Shown: positions 13,401-24,356, numbered from the stretch's first letter. The stretch: DNA of 64,000 bases from Naegleria gruberi (GCA_000004985.1 GG738914.1), one strand, 5' to 3'. Translations and numbers: made by a program. Notes: generated from the letters alone by a model not told the origin.

Positions 13401-13538
13401 ACTGGTGGAATCATTGCACTTGCTGTTACATTGGGAGGTGCTGGTTTGATTTGTATTGTGGTTGGAATAATCGTGGCTGCCATTATTGGCGTTTGTATGT
13501 GGACGAAACATAACAAGAAGAAGAATATGGCCAATTAG
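10476..13538 (+). CDS. type I membrane protein with beta-propeller-like repeat region and four tenascin-type EGF repeats
   Basis: Signal peptide MTQQVSTTNMLRLVLFLLSLMCCLSTITHA. Four Cys-spaced EGF-like repeats (CSGYGSCVGPNRCNCQNTNFGFECE, CGGVGKCSIQDQCSCPSGYTGTTC, CSGKGSCVSTDSCKCNAGRVGSYCQ). C-terminal TM helix (GGIIALAVTLGGAGLICIVVGIIVAAIIGV) followed by a KKKN tail. Confidence 0.8.
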   Translation: MTQQVSTTNMLRLVLFLLSLMCCLSTITHATTINGYTLDLFIGGNFTSGLKVAETSPTFSTNNFEYRLVYLDKRNGDLYYSVSGKVIRKLDKNGIVTNVAGSMRNNGNYEDIATIQDYYYALDRELIDIGGLIIDTKSNDIYYLNNGIYMERIRNSDKKSIIAVGYGTNNELPSEGLGNQINFAYNYPSYNNYVRGLAINGKNEIFIVQRSSISKYNIGNYSVTNILTDFEPGTYSQIVLSKDETFLFAKNGEAIDKISMNGQVTFGYTSISNLMSIDTVDNELYMLTLTGVYVFRNNSNQLIAAGSSGSFVDGMNSTNLLINYGTTMLVDDNKDIYLTDLYSSVILKIDHASQLVTNLLAVEIPTSSETVYSAKNFTSRGISHAVHNKVNGFVYMCDSNGNVFEYDNNLVSQKVTGYSCIDIAVNSLGEVYFLSNYFIYQLLSNGTVITFAGDGTWGVPINGTYLDQNPVAAVRFGFYSNNDMFLQSSYYIFRVDHTTKFVQKIYSSTNSELRITIIDPDTDNLYTSEGSSISLVYPNGIAEIVAGINSQPAVRSFKRKISLSDVGEDAFANYINPTGMSIGADGKLYISYQYMVKRLENGLLWTQQFVDTQQGPMSAAFISDVVILGRFGDAIMLTNPNGNIYLLNPVSSFTCFGNLPSSSSVCSGYGSCVGPNRCNCQNTNFGFECEYSTCFDVSGFDYQTVCGGVGKCSIQDQCSCPSGYTGTTCSTPLYNICYGISSNSSNVCSGKGSCVSTDSCKCNAGRVGSYCQYEFCASTWNANSETLTCAVPSSSSVEVNQEIVAVNQLSSKVLRFSRTPSVSITFPSDFYSYVLKTYPEIGDQLTVVSSIYDPTLDTSQELLVVSSTASVSVFKNTSDILPVYNLPNPIVIQFNSIKIDKTGGSFNYSCMYYDTASNSWSSSGIKSTITSSQLSSTYYTFSLKCETYHLTSFSVIDMNYKKTSRDDTLQLGGLTTGGIIALAVTLGGAGLICIVVGIIVAAIIGVCMWTKHNKKKNMAN

Positions 13539-13751
13539 AATTAGTTAACATATTTCCATTATTGAACAATAAACCTATCGCTCTATTTTTTCACAGAGCC
13601 TTATAAATTCTTAGATATAAATCAATTAAAAAACATCATTGTGAAATTAATCAATTTGAAAGCAATTTGTATGTGAACCAATTATTTTGTTCAAGTAAAA
13701 AGTTGATTGCTCAACTCATAGAGTTGGAGCATTGAAATACGGAAGAGCTTC

Positions 13752-14900
13752 TCATTCAATTGGTTCTTCCTCGCTGTCACTAAATGTATCAGCATTTTCT
13801 TGATATTCCTCATCATCATCCTCATCATCCTCTTCCTCACTACTAGATCCAAAATCTGTCGAGCCCACTTCACGAACCACCAATCTAACTTTTCCAACAA
13901 ACGGTACCCATCCAAGACTAAATCTTCTGAACATGGTACCATTCTTTCCGAAGCAACATTGTAAAAATTCATATAACAAAGAGAGCTTGACATCTGTAAG
14001 ATCCTTCTCTGGAATTTTACCTTCCTTCACCAGTACTTCATCAACATTTTTGGAGAAGAGTAATTCTTGTAGAGTTGCTAACATTTCCTTATCGAACTTA
14101 TCGGTGGCATCTCCATGACTCAATTGATGCATGAACACATGTTTTCCAAACACATCCAATTTCTCCTTAATAGATCCATGACTCATACTAAAATATTCAC
14201 TCTTAAAGAAGAGTGGATATCCAAAACTAGTAAATAAACAAAGATTAATCTCTGTCGAATTTGCAGTAGTTGCTATCAAGAACAAATCCTTCACATTTCC
14301 AAAAATCTTCAATAAAACCTTCTCTGAAATGATAAAATCCTTAGAACGAGTCATGATTCTCTGTGGCTCCTCACTCGTGAAATAATTAAACGATTTCAAT
14401 AAGTAACTTTCCAATTGTAAGGTCATCAATTCCTCCTGAGCAGTTTCCAACACATGAACCGTTCCCTTATGAAACTCTTTCAATCTCTCAATAACATCCC
14501 ACTTGATAGACTCTGAATCATATGCACTACACATTTCAAAATAAATCCACAACACTTCCCTCATTGATTTTGCAATTCTATTCATTCCCAATTTTTCATT
14601 AGCCTCATCGTCATCATCATCGTGATGAATTTTTCTCTTCTTTTTTCTAGGCTTTAATAACGAACGTGAATTATTATACATCATCAGACATGCCTTTTCT
14701 AATTGTTCTACCTGTTCCGAAGAGAGTTTGAATAAATTGATGAGAAATTGCTTGGCGAATTCTTCCGATGAGCAAACGAGAGAAAATTTGCTCGAGATGA
14801 GGAAAGGCTTGCTAATTCGCCAATCCTTCGGAGGTAAGAAGAGTAGAATGGAATTGCAAATAATTTCATCGAAGAGAGTATTATTGTTGTTGTTGGACAT
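13752..14900 (-). CDS. hypothetical protein (382 aa) with basic NLS-like KKKRK stretch and acidic C-terminus
   Basis: ATG at 14900 (MSNNNNNTLFDEI). Contains a KPRKKKRKIHHDDDDDE segment and an acidic SSEEEDDEDDDEEY tail. No recognisable domain. Confidence 0.55.
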   Translation of the reverse strand: MSNNNNNTLFDEIICNSILLFLPPKDWRISKPFLISSKFSLVCSSEEFAKQFLINLFKLSSEQVEQLEKACLMMYNNSRSLLKPRKKKRKIHHDDDDDEANEKLGMNRIAKSMREVLWIYFEMCSAYDSESIKWDVIERLKEFHKGTVHVLETAQEELMTLQLESYLLKSFNYFTSEEPQRIMTRSKDFIISEKVLLKIFGNVKDLFLIATTANSTEINLCLFTSFGYPLFFKSEYFSMSHGSIKEKLDVFGKHVFMHQLSHGDATDKFDKEMLATLQELLFSKNVDEVLVKEGKIPEKDLTDVKLSLLYEFLQCCFGKNGTMFRRFSLGWVPFVGKVRLVVREVGSTDFGSSSEEEDDEDDDEEYQENADTFSDSEEEPIE

Positions 14901-15324
14901 TTTTTTTTAGTATTAAAACTTTTAAAAGTTAAATGTAATTGGTTAATATTTTAAATATTAAATAATGTTAAATGTTAATGTATGTTTCAATATGAAATTT
15001 TCTGAAAATGATAGTAATTCGCTAATTGCACTAATGCCTTTTTAAAGATGAGCGTACAATAATATTTTAATATTGTAAAGTGGTGCATTCCTGAAAATCT
15101 AACATTGATTTTAGAAATATTAACCAATTAGGTAGCGATTCACAACATTCCTAAAATCCTTACAAAATCCATGATCTAACCGGCTATTATGAAACTCCTA
15201 AAGAAAATGAGCGAAATTGCACTTTAAATTTCCAAATAAATTGCACCTAATCATTTCACACCAATTCGTTTGTAACACAAAAAAAACAATTAATCGATTA
15301 TCCGTGTGTGTGTTGTGGTGGAAA

Positions 15325-16128
15325 ATGAAAGCTGTTCGTTGTGTGAATGTTTGTTGCTTGCTCTTGTTAGCAATTGTCTCTGCTATGATGTTATTAGAAA
15401 CTAGTGTTGGAAAGGATGTCAAGTTTTGCATGCCTCCACAAGCTACCTTCTGGGAGACTACCAAGGATGCTAGCTATATCATGAAGGAATTCAAAAATAA
15501 TGATCAGGTTATCAAGAACCAATACAATGTCAAGACTTCACAACAACGTCAAGATTTTATCGTAAAAGGAAATGTTGTAAAAAGTGAAATTTCCATTCAA
15601 AATCCAATGAATAATGATACCATCGTGTATACTCTGACCAGTGACAATGGTGATTGTTCTTGCATGAATTTTGGTCCATCTGATTCCAGTGTTTTTGTAC
15701 AATGTCACACTTTACCAATTTTGGAAAAGGGTAGTATAGCTGGAATTAATGCATTGAAAATTGGTTACAATCAAAGTGATTTGTATCCAACATGGACTGA
15801 AATTAATTATTATTGGGTTGTTCCTGCTAAGGAAAGTGGATATTGGTGGTTTTTGAGTAGAACTAGTTATGTCATTGATGATTCGAATAATGTTCAATTG
15901 GGAACTACTACTTATTATAATCAAGAAGATAAGGCTGATCCTTATGCATTCTATCTTCCAAAGTATTGTCCTCATTACTCACAATGTACCAATCCAAGAA
16001 AAAATAAACTGTTTTTGAATGACTTCCATATTTGGCAGTTTACTTGTCAATCACAAGATGAATTAAATTTTGCATTTGATTTAGAAATTTCTGTCCTTCA
16101 TCAGTTATACCATTTGAATAAACATTAA
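15325..16128 (+). CDS. secreted hypothetical protein (Cys-containing)
   Basis: The first ATG at 15325 gives MKAVRCVNVCCLLLLAIVSAMMLLETSVG, a signal peptide. The ORF track extends upstream only through a non-ATG start. The 3' end overlaps the convergent LRR gene by about 90 nt, so the true C-terminus is uncertain. Confidence 0.5.
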   Translation: MKAVRCVNVCCLLLLAIVSAMMLLETSVGKDVKFCMPPQATFWETTKDASYIMKEFKNNDQVIKNQYNVKTSQQRQDFIVKGNVVKSEISIQNPMNNDTIVYTLTSDNGDCSCMNFGPSDSSVFVQCHTLPILEKGSIAGINALKIGYNQSDLYPTWTEINYYWVVPAKESGYWWFLSRTSYVIDDSNNVQLGTTTYYNQEDKADPYAFYLPKYCPHYSQCTNPRKNKLFLNDFHIWQFTCQSQDELNFAFDLEISVLHQLYHLNKH

Positions 16129-17264
16129 GATCAGTCAAACTATTCAATTGACTAATGAAATTTGCTCCCTGATCACGAATGCAGTTATTACCAATGTTAA
16201 GCGTAGTCAATCTATCCAATCCACTAATGTGTTCAGCTCCTTTTTGTCCAATATTATTTCCACAAATAGTAAGGTTGGTCAACTGTTTCATTTCACTAAT
16301 ATATTGAGCGCCTTCATCGCCTAATTTGTTATATCCAATACCAAGAGTAGTCAATTGCTTGAGTACACATAAATGTTTTGCACCTTCTTCACTAATATTA
16401 GATGTGTAAATATAAAGATTTGTGAGTTTGGACATTTCGCTAATATATTTAGCTCCTTCATCACCAACTTTTGTGTTATTAATAGAGATAGGTTAATTGT
16501 TTCAAAGAGTGAATGTGTTTAGCACCTTCAACTCCAATATCATTGTTACTAATGTTGAGACTAGTCAATTGATTCATTCTACCAATGTATTGAGCTCCTA
16601 TATGACCAATATTATTCGAAAGGATGAGCAGTGTGGTTAACTGGTTGAGTTGACTAATAGATTTTGCTCCTTCATCTCCAATTTCATTTTCTGATATTTC
16701 GAGATATCTTAGTTGTTGCATATTACCGATATACTTGGCTCCCCCCATATCGATAGGATACAAATACCCACACATATCAAGATGAGTCAATTGATTCATT
16801 TTGCTAATGTATTTAGCACCTTCATTACCAAAATCATTGGCAGTAATATCAAGAATTCTTAATTTCTTCAGTTGACTAATGTGTTTTATATCTTCACTAC
16901 CAAGATTGTTATAATGAATATCAAGAACAGTCAACTGCTTCATCAATTCCAATATTTTACAATCAAATTTAAAAGATAAATCTCTATTTTCCACTTTTAA
17001 AGTTACAATATTTTGTAAAAATTGACCTTTCACCATTCTATCATTCCTACATATTACCGAAAGTTTACATCTTTCTCTAACAATTTTCAACCACTGTTTT
17101 GAAACTAGTGCACAACTCATTGCAATAAATTTAAAATCATCGGAATGAAAAGATAAAATCTCTCCGAGTATATCATCATCAATAACATGATGAGAATTAT
17201 TCATTGTATTGAGTGTCGATACCTCTGCAGCAGCAGAAGGGTTGCTTGTTTGTTGTTGGCCCAT
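16040..17264 (-). CDS. F-box-like / LRR (ribonuclease-inhibitor type) repeat protein; frameshifted near 16479
   Basis: ATG at 17264. The N-terminus is F-box-like (DDILGEILSF...SKQWLKIVRERC). About 14 repeats of 28 aa with consensus NxIGxEGAKYISxMxQLTxLxI follow. The repeat register continues across a tandem TAA TAA (LTYLY**INNTKVGDEGAKYISEM), which requires a 1-2 nt indel. Confidence 0.75.
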
Positions 17265-17368
17265 TTTTTTAAAATTCTATTTTTGAAAAACTTTTATTAA
17301 GGAAGGAAATTTTGTTTGAATTTGAATGTAATTTATATTAGAAATTTTGGAAATGGGCCCATAGTTGA

Positions 17369-18663
17369 CTAATGGTTTAAGCAAACTGTCTTGATATATT
17401 TCCCAGAATAGGTAATATTTGGTCGTCTCAACATTTGAGCTGTACTTCCAACCACATGCAAATAATAATTCATATAACATTGAATTACTGACAATGCTCC
17501 ACAATCAGAAGGATCTACCGAAATGGAAATTTCAAATAAGAGAGATCCTTTTTGTAAGTTTTCAGGGCTCACATAGAATTGAACCCAAGGATTCAAATAG
17601 CTTGTATCAATTCCTGATTTGGCAATTACTTTTCTACTCTTCTTTTCAGTAATTTGAATCTTGAAATTCTTGGCATAAATATCTGGAACTACCAATACGG
17701 AAACATATTGAGGTTCTGTAACGTTAACAACATAAACGTCTGCGTTAAGTGAGCCAGTTGTTGTAACCATAAAACTGGTATCCAATTGACCAAGAGAACT
17801 TAATTGCATCGCTCTATTTTTTGTGTAATCTTCATAGAGTGGCCATCTCACATTCGTTTTATCATCCCATGCAACAGTGACAAATCTCTGAATAACTCCC
17901 TTTGAATCTACATAATCTCCATTTTCATTCCTAGTAAACCCATGAATTCCAATTGGTCCCAATGGCCCTAATCCACCCAGAGGGCCCAAAGGACCTAGAG
18001 GACCCATAATTGACCAAACTCCCAATCCTTGCATGTGTTTAGTAAAATCATTAATCAATGGCATTAAATTATAGAAAGAATCACCTAGAGGCCCATCAGC
18101 AGACAATGGATTTTCCGAATTATAAATAAGAGGATTATATTCCTTATAGTATGGACCTAGCAAGATTTCCAAATATTCCTGAAAGAGAGCATAAGCTCCA
18201 CTAGGACTAGGTACTTCATGACTCAATGGTCTATCAATTGGTTCGATATTCTCATTCAAAAACAACTTACCCTAATGTTCCCAGAGGTCCATACGCAGCT
18301 ATTGGTCTATGTCCCCATTTGTGAGAATTATTTAACAATCATTCACACTTACCCATTCCATCCCAAACAACTCGAAGGTGTAATATACAAATCACAATCA
18401 GGTGCAGCTGGACAATTTCTAGGATAAGGCACCACACCAGACCCCACAAACGTATCATCCAATCCAAATATCGTGTCAGAACTAGTATATCTGTAGCAGT
18501 TTGGAGAATTTGTTTGTATCTTGCCAGATACGAGCGAGAGAGCATCCACTACCACTACTACTTGATTGTTACTGATCAGTAGCAGTACAAGCAGTAGTAG
18601 TTGTGTGATCAATAATGAGGTGTTGTTGAATTTTTGGTGGGTTGTGACCTTGTTTTGTTGCAT
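17369..18663 (-). CDS. secreted protein with short collagen-like Gly-Pro-Leu triplet run; two exons, junction unresolved
   Basis: Exon 1 (18349..18663) encodes a signal peptide (MQQNKVTT...LLLLVLLLISNNQVVVVV). Its 3' end sits on a canonical GGGTAAGT donor. Exon 2 (17369..18265) contains GPLGPLGPLGGLGPLGPIG. The intervening ~81 nt ends in TTAG. I could not obtain a frame-preserving junction. Confidence 0.55.
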
Positions 18664-18982
18664 TTTTTTTGCTTGTAGAAAAACGCGAAAAGATTACAAT
18701 TTATTTTCGCGTTTTTCATTTGGAAATTGTGCGAATGGTAGTATCACCAAATGTTAATGTTGAACGCATTCGGAGCATTTTCCTACGTGGATATTTGTTT
18801 TAAGATGATGATGAGGAGAATGAATAGTTTTTAATGGTGATCGATTTATTACTTCCTTTATAGCTTCCTTTTGAATATTAATTAAATTATTTTTCAATAT
18901 TGTTTGTGATGCAAATTGATATCATCCTAGAAATTGCATTGTAATTAAAATTTTATTTATTAATTTTCAAATTAAAAAAATT

Positions 18983-21271
18983 ATGAAGAATGAATTTTCC
19001 AGGGAGTATGACTTGTTATTGTTCATAGAGGAGGCAATTGAAGCGAAAATTATTCTTCCTTCATCATTATCATCAAATCATCATCAAAATCAACCGACAT
19101 CATCGACATCTTCCTCTCAAATTCTTCATGTTTACTTGTATGGATCCCGAGCCTACTTTCCATCTGATGAAGATCAACAACAACAGCAGCTCGGATCTAA
19201 CAGAGACTATGATACTGTTGTCATTGTTGAGAATTGTACCTTTATCAAATTGATGAATTATTGCAAAACTCTTCAACAAGAACCTTCTCATCATCACACA
19301 GAGGAAAATATTAAACTTGAAGAATTCCTACTCAATTCTAACAAGCAATACTACAAGATTCTGTACACTTTTATGAGGAATAACGTGGAAATATCCATGT
19401 CGATCTATTCGGAAAGGATTTTCCAGAGAATGATTCAGGATCACTCGATATTCATCTTGTTTTGTGTTCATAATAGGAATTCAATAGTAAAGTGGAAGGA
19501 AACTTGGAATGAACGAGTGGAGGGCTATAATTCCAATGATCTCTCCCTTTCCGAATGTTACTATAGGAAATACTTTCAGAAACACAAGTTTGTTCCATCT
19601 GTACTATCGGAAGTGAATAGAGCTTGGCAAAAGTTCTATAACAAGATTGTGAAAGATCATGATGAGAGTAAGGGAACTAAGTTGGTGGTGTACTGCTTTA
19701 GATTCTTGGCTTGGGCTACAGAATTATTGCAATATCATTGTGTGGATGAGTCAGTGTTTAGTGGAAATGAAATTTATTGGAATTTACAGCAAAATGTGTT
19801 GGATAAATTTGATAGACAGGATTATAAGGCCCTGTACAAGACTATCGATGAAGAGTATGGAGAAAAGTATAGTCTGACAGTAGATTCATTCACGAAATTG
19901 TCTGAATTTTCATCTCTCTATCCAAATATTAGTCTCACAAAATCCGAAACAACTGAAGTGATTATTAGTGATCCTTCAATGGTATTGAAAGAAATGAAGC
20001 AATTATTGGAAGGATTGAACAGCATTGAGGATCTGTATAGACTCTTTTCAATTTATTACAAAAATTCAGCACAAAGTCAAGGTATTGCATTGAGTGCTAC
20101 CGATATGAGTCCAAGGGATTATCCAATTATTAGCCTGTGCATTAACTCATCTGTAAATAATTCAATATTATTTGACACTGCTCAACATTCAATTCTCAAA
20201 GCAATACCATTTATTCCTAATATTAGAATAGAGATGAACGAAAGTGCTTGCAGAGAAGTGATGTTGAAGAATAGTCCTGGATCAACTTGGCATGAAATTT
20301 ATACCTCTCGAAATCATCAGAATTGCTTTTTAGTTTGGTGGAACTTTCAAAGTTCAAAGTGGTGCGTGAATGAAGCAACTAATTTAACATTGGCTTTGAG
20401 AATATTCATTAATTACCTACCATGTTTATTGAATAATGATCAATTTGAAAATTATTCAATAACTATACAACTAGAAAATTCGAATGATATTACTATAATA
20501 GGATTTAATTATTTGGAAAAATCTGGAAATTATAGACAACAACTGGTTACCAAATTTGAGGATTTTGCTCCAAATATTATTTTCTCTAAAGAGAATTTTA
20601 ATAGAGATGAATTTAATTTAACATTTAGAAAACCAATACTCAAAATTCAGCAACCTAGTGTAGCTTTAACATTTGATGGATACAGAACCTTTGTATTGAA
20701 TCACGATGAAATTCAAGATATTCTCCATGACAATCAAGTGGAAGTTATTGAAATATTTACCTATTCTTCTGATGTGGACACAAAGCCACTCTATACCTCC
20801 ATAACTACGCCTTCATATAATTGCCTTCGTAAAATGAAACAGGTAATTCTCGATAATGGAGATTGCACGCTCAGAGAAGTCTCACAACTACCAAAGCATA
20901 TAAAGGAATTGTGCTTGGAATTCACTCGTTGGAATTTAAATATTAACAAGTTATTGGAGGACATACAGCTTGAATTTTATGGAAATACAGTGGAGATGAT
21001 TTGTCAACAAATTGAATTATATAGTTCTTTAATTTCAAACCTTAGAGAAACTATTCAAAAGCTATCTAATATTTCGGAACCCAAACTTTTGGACAAGAAT
21101 ATAAAAGAAATTATCACCAGTAAGCAAACAGTTTCACTACTCAAGGCAATTCTATTCCGAGTTCAACAAAAATCCTCAGTGGGTGATATAATTATTAGAT
21201 GCATTAGAAATACATACCGTCAAAGATTATTAACACTGTTGGAAGAAGTTTCTAAAAAACCTCAACAGTAG
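18983..21271 (+). CDS. hypothetical protein (762 aa), possible nucleotidyltransferase-fold N-terminus
   Basis: ATG at 18983. The N-terminal region reads VYLYGSRAYFPSDED...(polyQ)...RDYDTVVIVEN, which loosely fits the hG[GS]...DhD NTase pattern. The rest has no recognisable domain. Confidence 0.6.
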   Translation: MKNEFSREYDLLLFIEEAIEAKIILPSSLSSNHHQNQPTSSTSSSQILHVYLYGSRAYFPSDEDQQQQQLGSNRDYDTVVIVENCTFIKLMNYCKTLQQEPSHHHTEENIKLEEFLLNSNKQYYKILYTFMRNNVEISMSIYSERIFQRMIQDHSIFILFCVHNRNSIVKWKETWNERVEGYNSNDLSLSECYYRKYFQKHKFVPSVLSEVNRAWQKFYNKIVKDHDESKGTKLVVYCFRFLAWATELLQYHCVDESVFSGNEIYWNLQQNVLDKFDRQDYKALYKTIDEEYGEKYSLTVDSFTKLSEFSSLYPNISLTKSETTEVIISDPSMVLKEMKQLLEGLNSIEDLYRLFSIYYKNSAQSQGIALSATDMSPRDYPIISLCINSSVNNSILFDTAQHSILKAIPFIPNIRIEMNESACREVMLKNSPGSTWHEIYTSRNHQNCFLVWWNFQSSKWCVNEATNLTLALRIFINYLPCLLNNDQFENYSITIQLENSNDITIIGFNYLEKSGNYRQQLVTKFEDFAPNIIFSKENFNRDEFNLTFRKPILKIQQPSVALTFDGYRTFVLNHDEIQDILHDNQVEVIEIFTYSSDVDTKPLYTSITTPSYNCLRKMKQVILDNGDCTLREVSQLPKHIKELCLEFTRWNLNINKLLEDIQLEFYGNTVEMICQQIELYSSLISNLRETIQKLSNISEPKLLDKNIKEIITSKQTVSLLKAILFRVQQKSSVGDIIIRCIRNTYRQRLLTLLEEVSKKPQQ

Positions 21272-21325
21272 CAGTAGATTTTCAACAATGAAGTACACCA
21301 AGGTTGATTATTAATAAGGAGCTAT

Positions 21326-23962
21326 CTACTGTTTCCACATTTTATTGATTTTCTTACAGAAAACATCACTCATCAACAGTTGATTTCCATTCGAATTGAA
21401 ATTTCTGAAACAACTTTGCATTTCACATTCCTTTCCAAAATATCCCTCATCACAAACACAACTATTCGGTGCAGCACAATAACCACGGGATGAGCATGCT
21501 AGGGCATTTGTTGAATTATATCCAAAACATGAAAATTCATCTCTTGTGTAAAGGGAAACTCTTGTTTGTCTAAGAGCTACCAAATAAGGAATTCCATCGT
21601 ATAGTTTAGGATAGAGATCTGGAGTGGCTATTGGTGGTTGTCTATATCGAATAGGAGAAGTTTGAAAGTAATCATTCACACCACCTGCATATAAATTACC
21701 TTTCCTTGTGATCAAATAATAACTCTTGTCCATCGTATAGCCCGAAACTACATACGAATCATCGGAAGGTAATATGATGGGATAGGGTTGACCATAAAAA
21801 TAATAAGGCTTTCCAATTGTTGAGATAAGAAGCATAGAAGAAGTACCTCCTGTAACCAATTGCCTAACTTTGACATCTCCATTAACTCGAATAAAGTTTA
21901 CAATATTTGTTTCTGAACTCAATGACAAGTATTTTGAATTATCATTATTTCCACAGCCATACACATTTCCTTGATTGGTTAATAATAGCAATGTTGCTGC
22001 ATAGGTTATTACTTTCAAATCCACAACTCTTTCACCAACTCCTAAAAAGGAAATATCTAACATGGTAAATGAATTGAAAACTGTTGGAGCATTTACACCA
22101 AATCCAAATTGATAATTGGAATTTCTACCAATTCCAAGGACACTTCCATTTTTCATCAAGAAGAAAATATTGTCGTCTCCTATTAAGGCGAATTTTTCAA
22201 CATTCGAATAGAAAAGTTGTGGACTTGAAGTGAAGGTAATTGGAAGAGAGAATTGGTAAGCTGGGGATCCCCAACCATACAAATCTCCATTCGAAAGCAG
22301 AATGAATCCAACTTGGTTTCCCAATTCGATTGAAACTATTTCTTGTTTCGTCAAGTTGGACGAAATTAAACTTTCCTTAACTGGTAATATAGAAGATGGG
22401 AAGAGTCCAGAGCAGAGTCCCCAATACTCCATTGAAGTGATATTTCCATTAGATTTTGAAATTATCACTGAACAATCTCCATTCGATTTGGCAGAAATAA
22501 TCGAAACACTGTTCGAAATGTTCATTGATGGAATTGTCAAATTTCTAGGATAACGAATCTCTCTTTCTTCACCTTTAGCCAATATTCCATCTCTATTTGT
22601 TCCCCAAACATATGCCATCCCTTCAGAAGTGACTGAAACTCCATTTGCATCTGTAAACCCAACTTTCGTCAAGTTTCCACCATTCATCATTACAATCTTA
22701 TCAAAATTTGGACCATAAAAATCATGTCCATAATTATCTTGTCTTCCATATCCCCAAGAATACAAATTTCCACCAATAATACAAGCCGAAATCAAACCAG
22801 AAGCATAACATTCGGTAACATTCGAATTAATGTAACTCATTTTTCTTGGAACCCAAACAACCTGTCCAGCACTTGGATCACACTGTTGTGCATCATTATC
22901 ACCAAACACATACACATTTCCATTTTCCAAAATTGTCAAGGCATGTGAAACTCCAAAATGAATTTTTTTGACTTTTGAAGGAAGCAATGTGACTTGTCTA
23001 GGTGTTTCAGTATAATCAAGAGAAGTATCATTCACACCCATAGATCCACGATAATTACTTCCCCACGTATATAATTTACCATCCTTATCAATTGCTGCCA
23101 TTACTGACCTTCCACTAGAATAGGAAGATTTCGAACCACTTAACGAAACTATATTTTGCAATGAAGCAATCTGATTAATCACATAACTATTAATAGCAGT
23201 TGCTACTCCTCTAATATAATCTCCACATCCAAAACTGAAAACATGTCCATAATTAGTAAGTGCAAAATAAGTTTGGCAATAAATATAACCACAAATTTCA
23301 ATATCAACAATTTCTACATTCTGATAAGGTTGAAAATCATCTTGATTGATGTAATTATTGAGAATGAATGTTTCTGTCCAAGGTGTCATTGAATTAGACG
23401 TGTCAAGATATTCTTGAATGAAAACTTTTCCATCACTTGTCAAAATTAAACATGAAAATAAGCAAACCATTTTAGTGACAGTTCTGTTACCAGTAATGAA
23501 TGGATTTTCATTCTTTCCTTCTTCTGTATAGATGTATGTTGGTTCTGGAAGTGTGAAAATTTTTGGTGGTGAAGTTTTTGGATTTCCTCCACTTACGAGA
23601 ATTGTTTGATTGATTGGCATGGATGTGGTTGTGTTGGAGTATTGTAGAATGTAGTAAATTGAATAAGTTGCTGGAACTATTTGTTGAAGCTTGACAGAAA
23701 CGTCACGTGCTTGAATGCCAGTTGTCAATCTGTAAGATTCAGAGCCGTTGAAGAATAAAGTGGAAAGATAAGAGTTGGGTTCTGCTGGATATCCGATTGA
23801 TGTTGGGTAATAGAAATTAAAACCATTGTTGTCAGCGTTACCAAAGTTGTAAATATTTTTCACATTAATTGAACAGCTGGCATGATGTAATATTGACAGG
23901 AAGCATATCACAAACAATAGACCTATCGGTAGCAATTGTTCCCCGCTACGTTTTACACTCAT
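21326..23962 (-). CDS. secreted RCC1-like repeat (beta-propeller) protein with C-terminal EGF-like module
   Basis: ATG at 23962. Signal peptide LLPIGLLFVICFLSILHHASC. RCC1-type repeats are recurrent (YTWGSNYRGSMGV, VFGDNDAQQCD, YGWGSPAYQFSL, YGCGNNDNSKYLS). The C-terminus has CSSRGYCAAPNSCVCDEGYFGKECEMQSC. Confidence 0.75.
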   Translation of the reverse strand: MSVKRSGEQLLPIGLLFVICFLSILHHASCSINVKNIYNFGNADNNGFNFYYPTSIGYPAEPNSYLSTLFFNGSESYRLTTGIQARDVSVKLQQIVPATYSIYYILQYSNTTTSMPINQTILVSGGNPKTSPPKIFTLPEPTYIYTEEGKNENPFITGNRTVTKMVCLFSCLILTSDGKVFIQEYLDTSNSMTPWTETFILNNYINQDDFQPYQNVEIVDIEICGYIYCQTYFALTNYGHVFSFGCGDYIRGVATAINSYVINQIASLQNIVSLSGSKSSYSSGRSVMAAIDKDGKLYTWGSNYRGSMGVNDTSLDYTETPRQVTLLPSKVKKIHFGVSHALTILENGNVYVFGDNDAQQCDPSAGQVVWVPRKMSYINSNVTECYASGLISACIIGGNLYSWGYGRQDNYGHDFYGPNFDKIVMMNGGNLTKVGFTDANGVSVTSEGMAYVWGTNRDGILAKGEEREIRYPRNLTIPSMNISNSVSIISAKSNGDCSVIISKSNGNITSMEYWGLCSGLFPSSILPVKESLISSNLTKQEIVSIELGNQVGFILLSNGDLYGWGSPAYQFSLPITFTSSPQLFYSNVEKFALIGDDNIFFLMKNGSVLGIGRNSNYQFGFGVNAPTVFNSFTMLDISFLGVGERVVDLKVITYAATLLLLTNQGNVYGCGNNDNSKYLSLSSETNIVNFIRVNGDVKVRQLVTGGTSSMLLISTIGKPYYFYGQPYPIILPSDDSYVVSGYTMDKSYYLITRKGNLYAGGVNDYFQTSPIRYRQPPIATPDLYPKLYDGIPYLVALRQTRVSLYTRDEFSCFGYNSTNALACSSRGYCAAPNSCVCDEGYFGKECEMQSCFRNFNSNGNQLLMSDVFCKKINKMWKQ

Positions 23963-24356
23963 TGTTTGGGTGTTGTTCTTTTGATATTGTTTAATTTTTT
24001 TATAATGACGTTTGGCAGTGAAATCCGATAATTCACCTACGAAGAGCTTTCATTATTTGGAAAATAATTCGCACAACACAGTAACACCAATGTCGGACTA
24101 TTTGACCATCACTGTTATTAATGACTTTTGGCAGTGATATTAAAGTGACATTTGAAGTTGACTGACTTTGAATTTAATTTCCATTCCAATGAGAAACTAG
24201 TTGAATATCTTAATAATATTTTGAACAAGACGAATGAGGTTGAACATTAGAAACTGGCGTTACTTGTTTCGATGTCGAAACCTTTCGTCTTGTTTCTCTA
24301 TCTTGCTTCCAGATTCCCAAACTTTTAAGATTCGAATATTTTTCTCTTAAAAAAAA

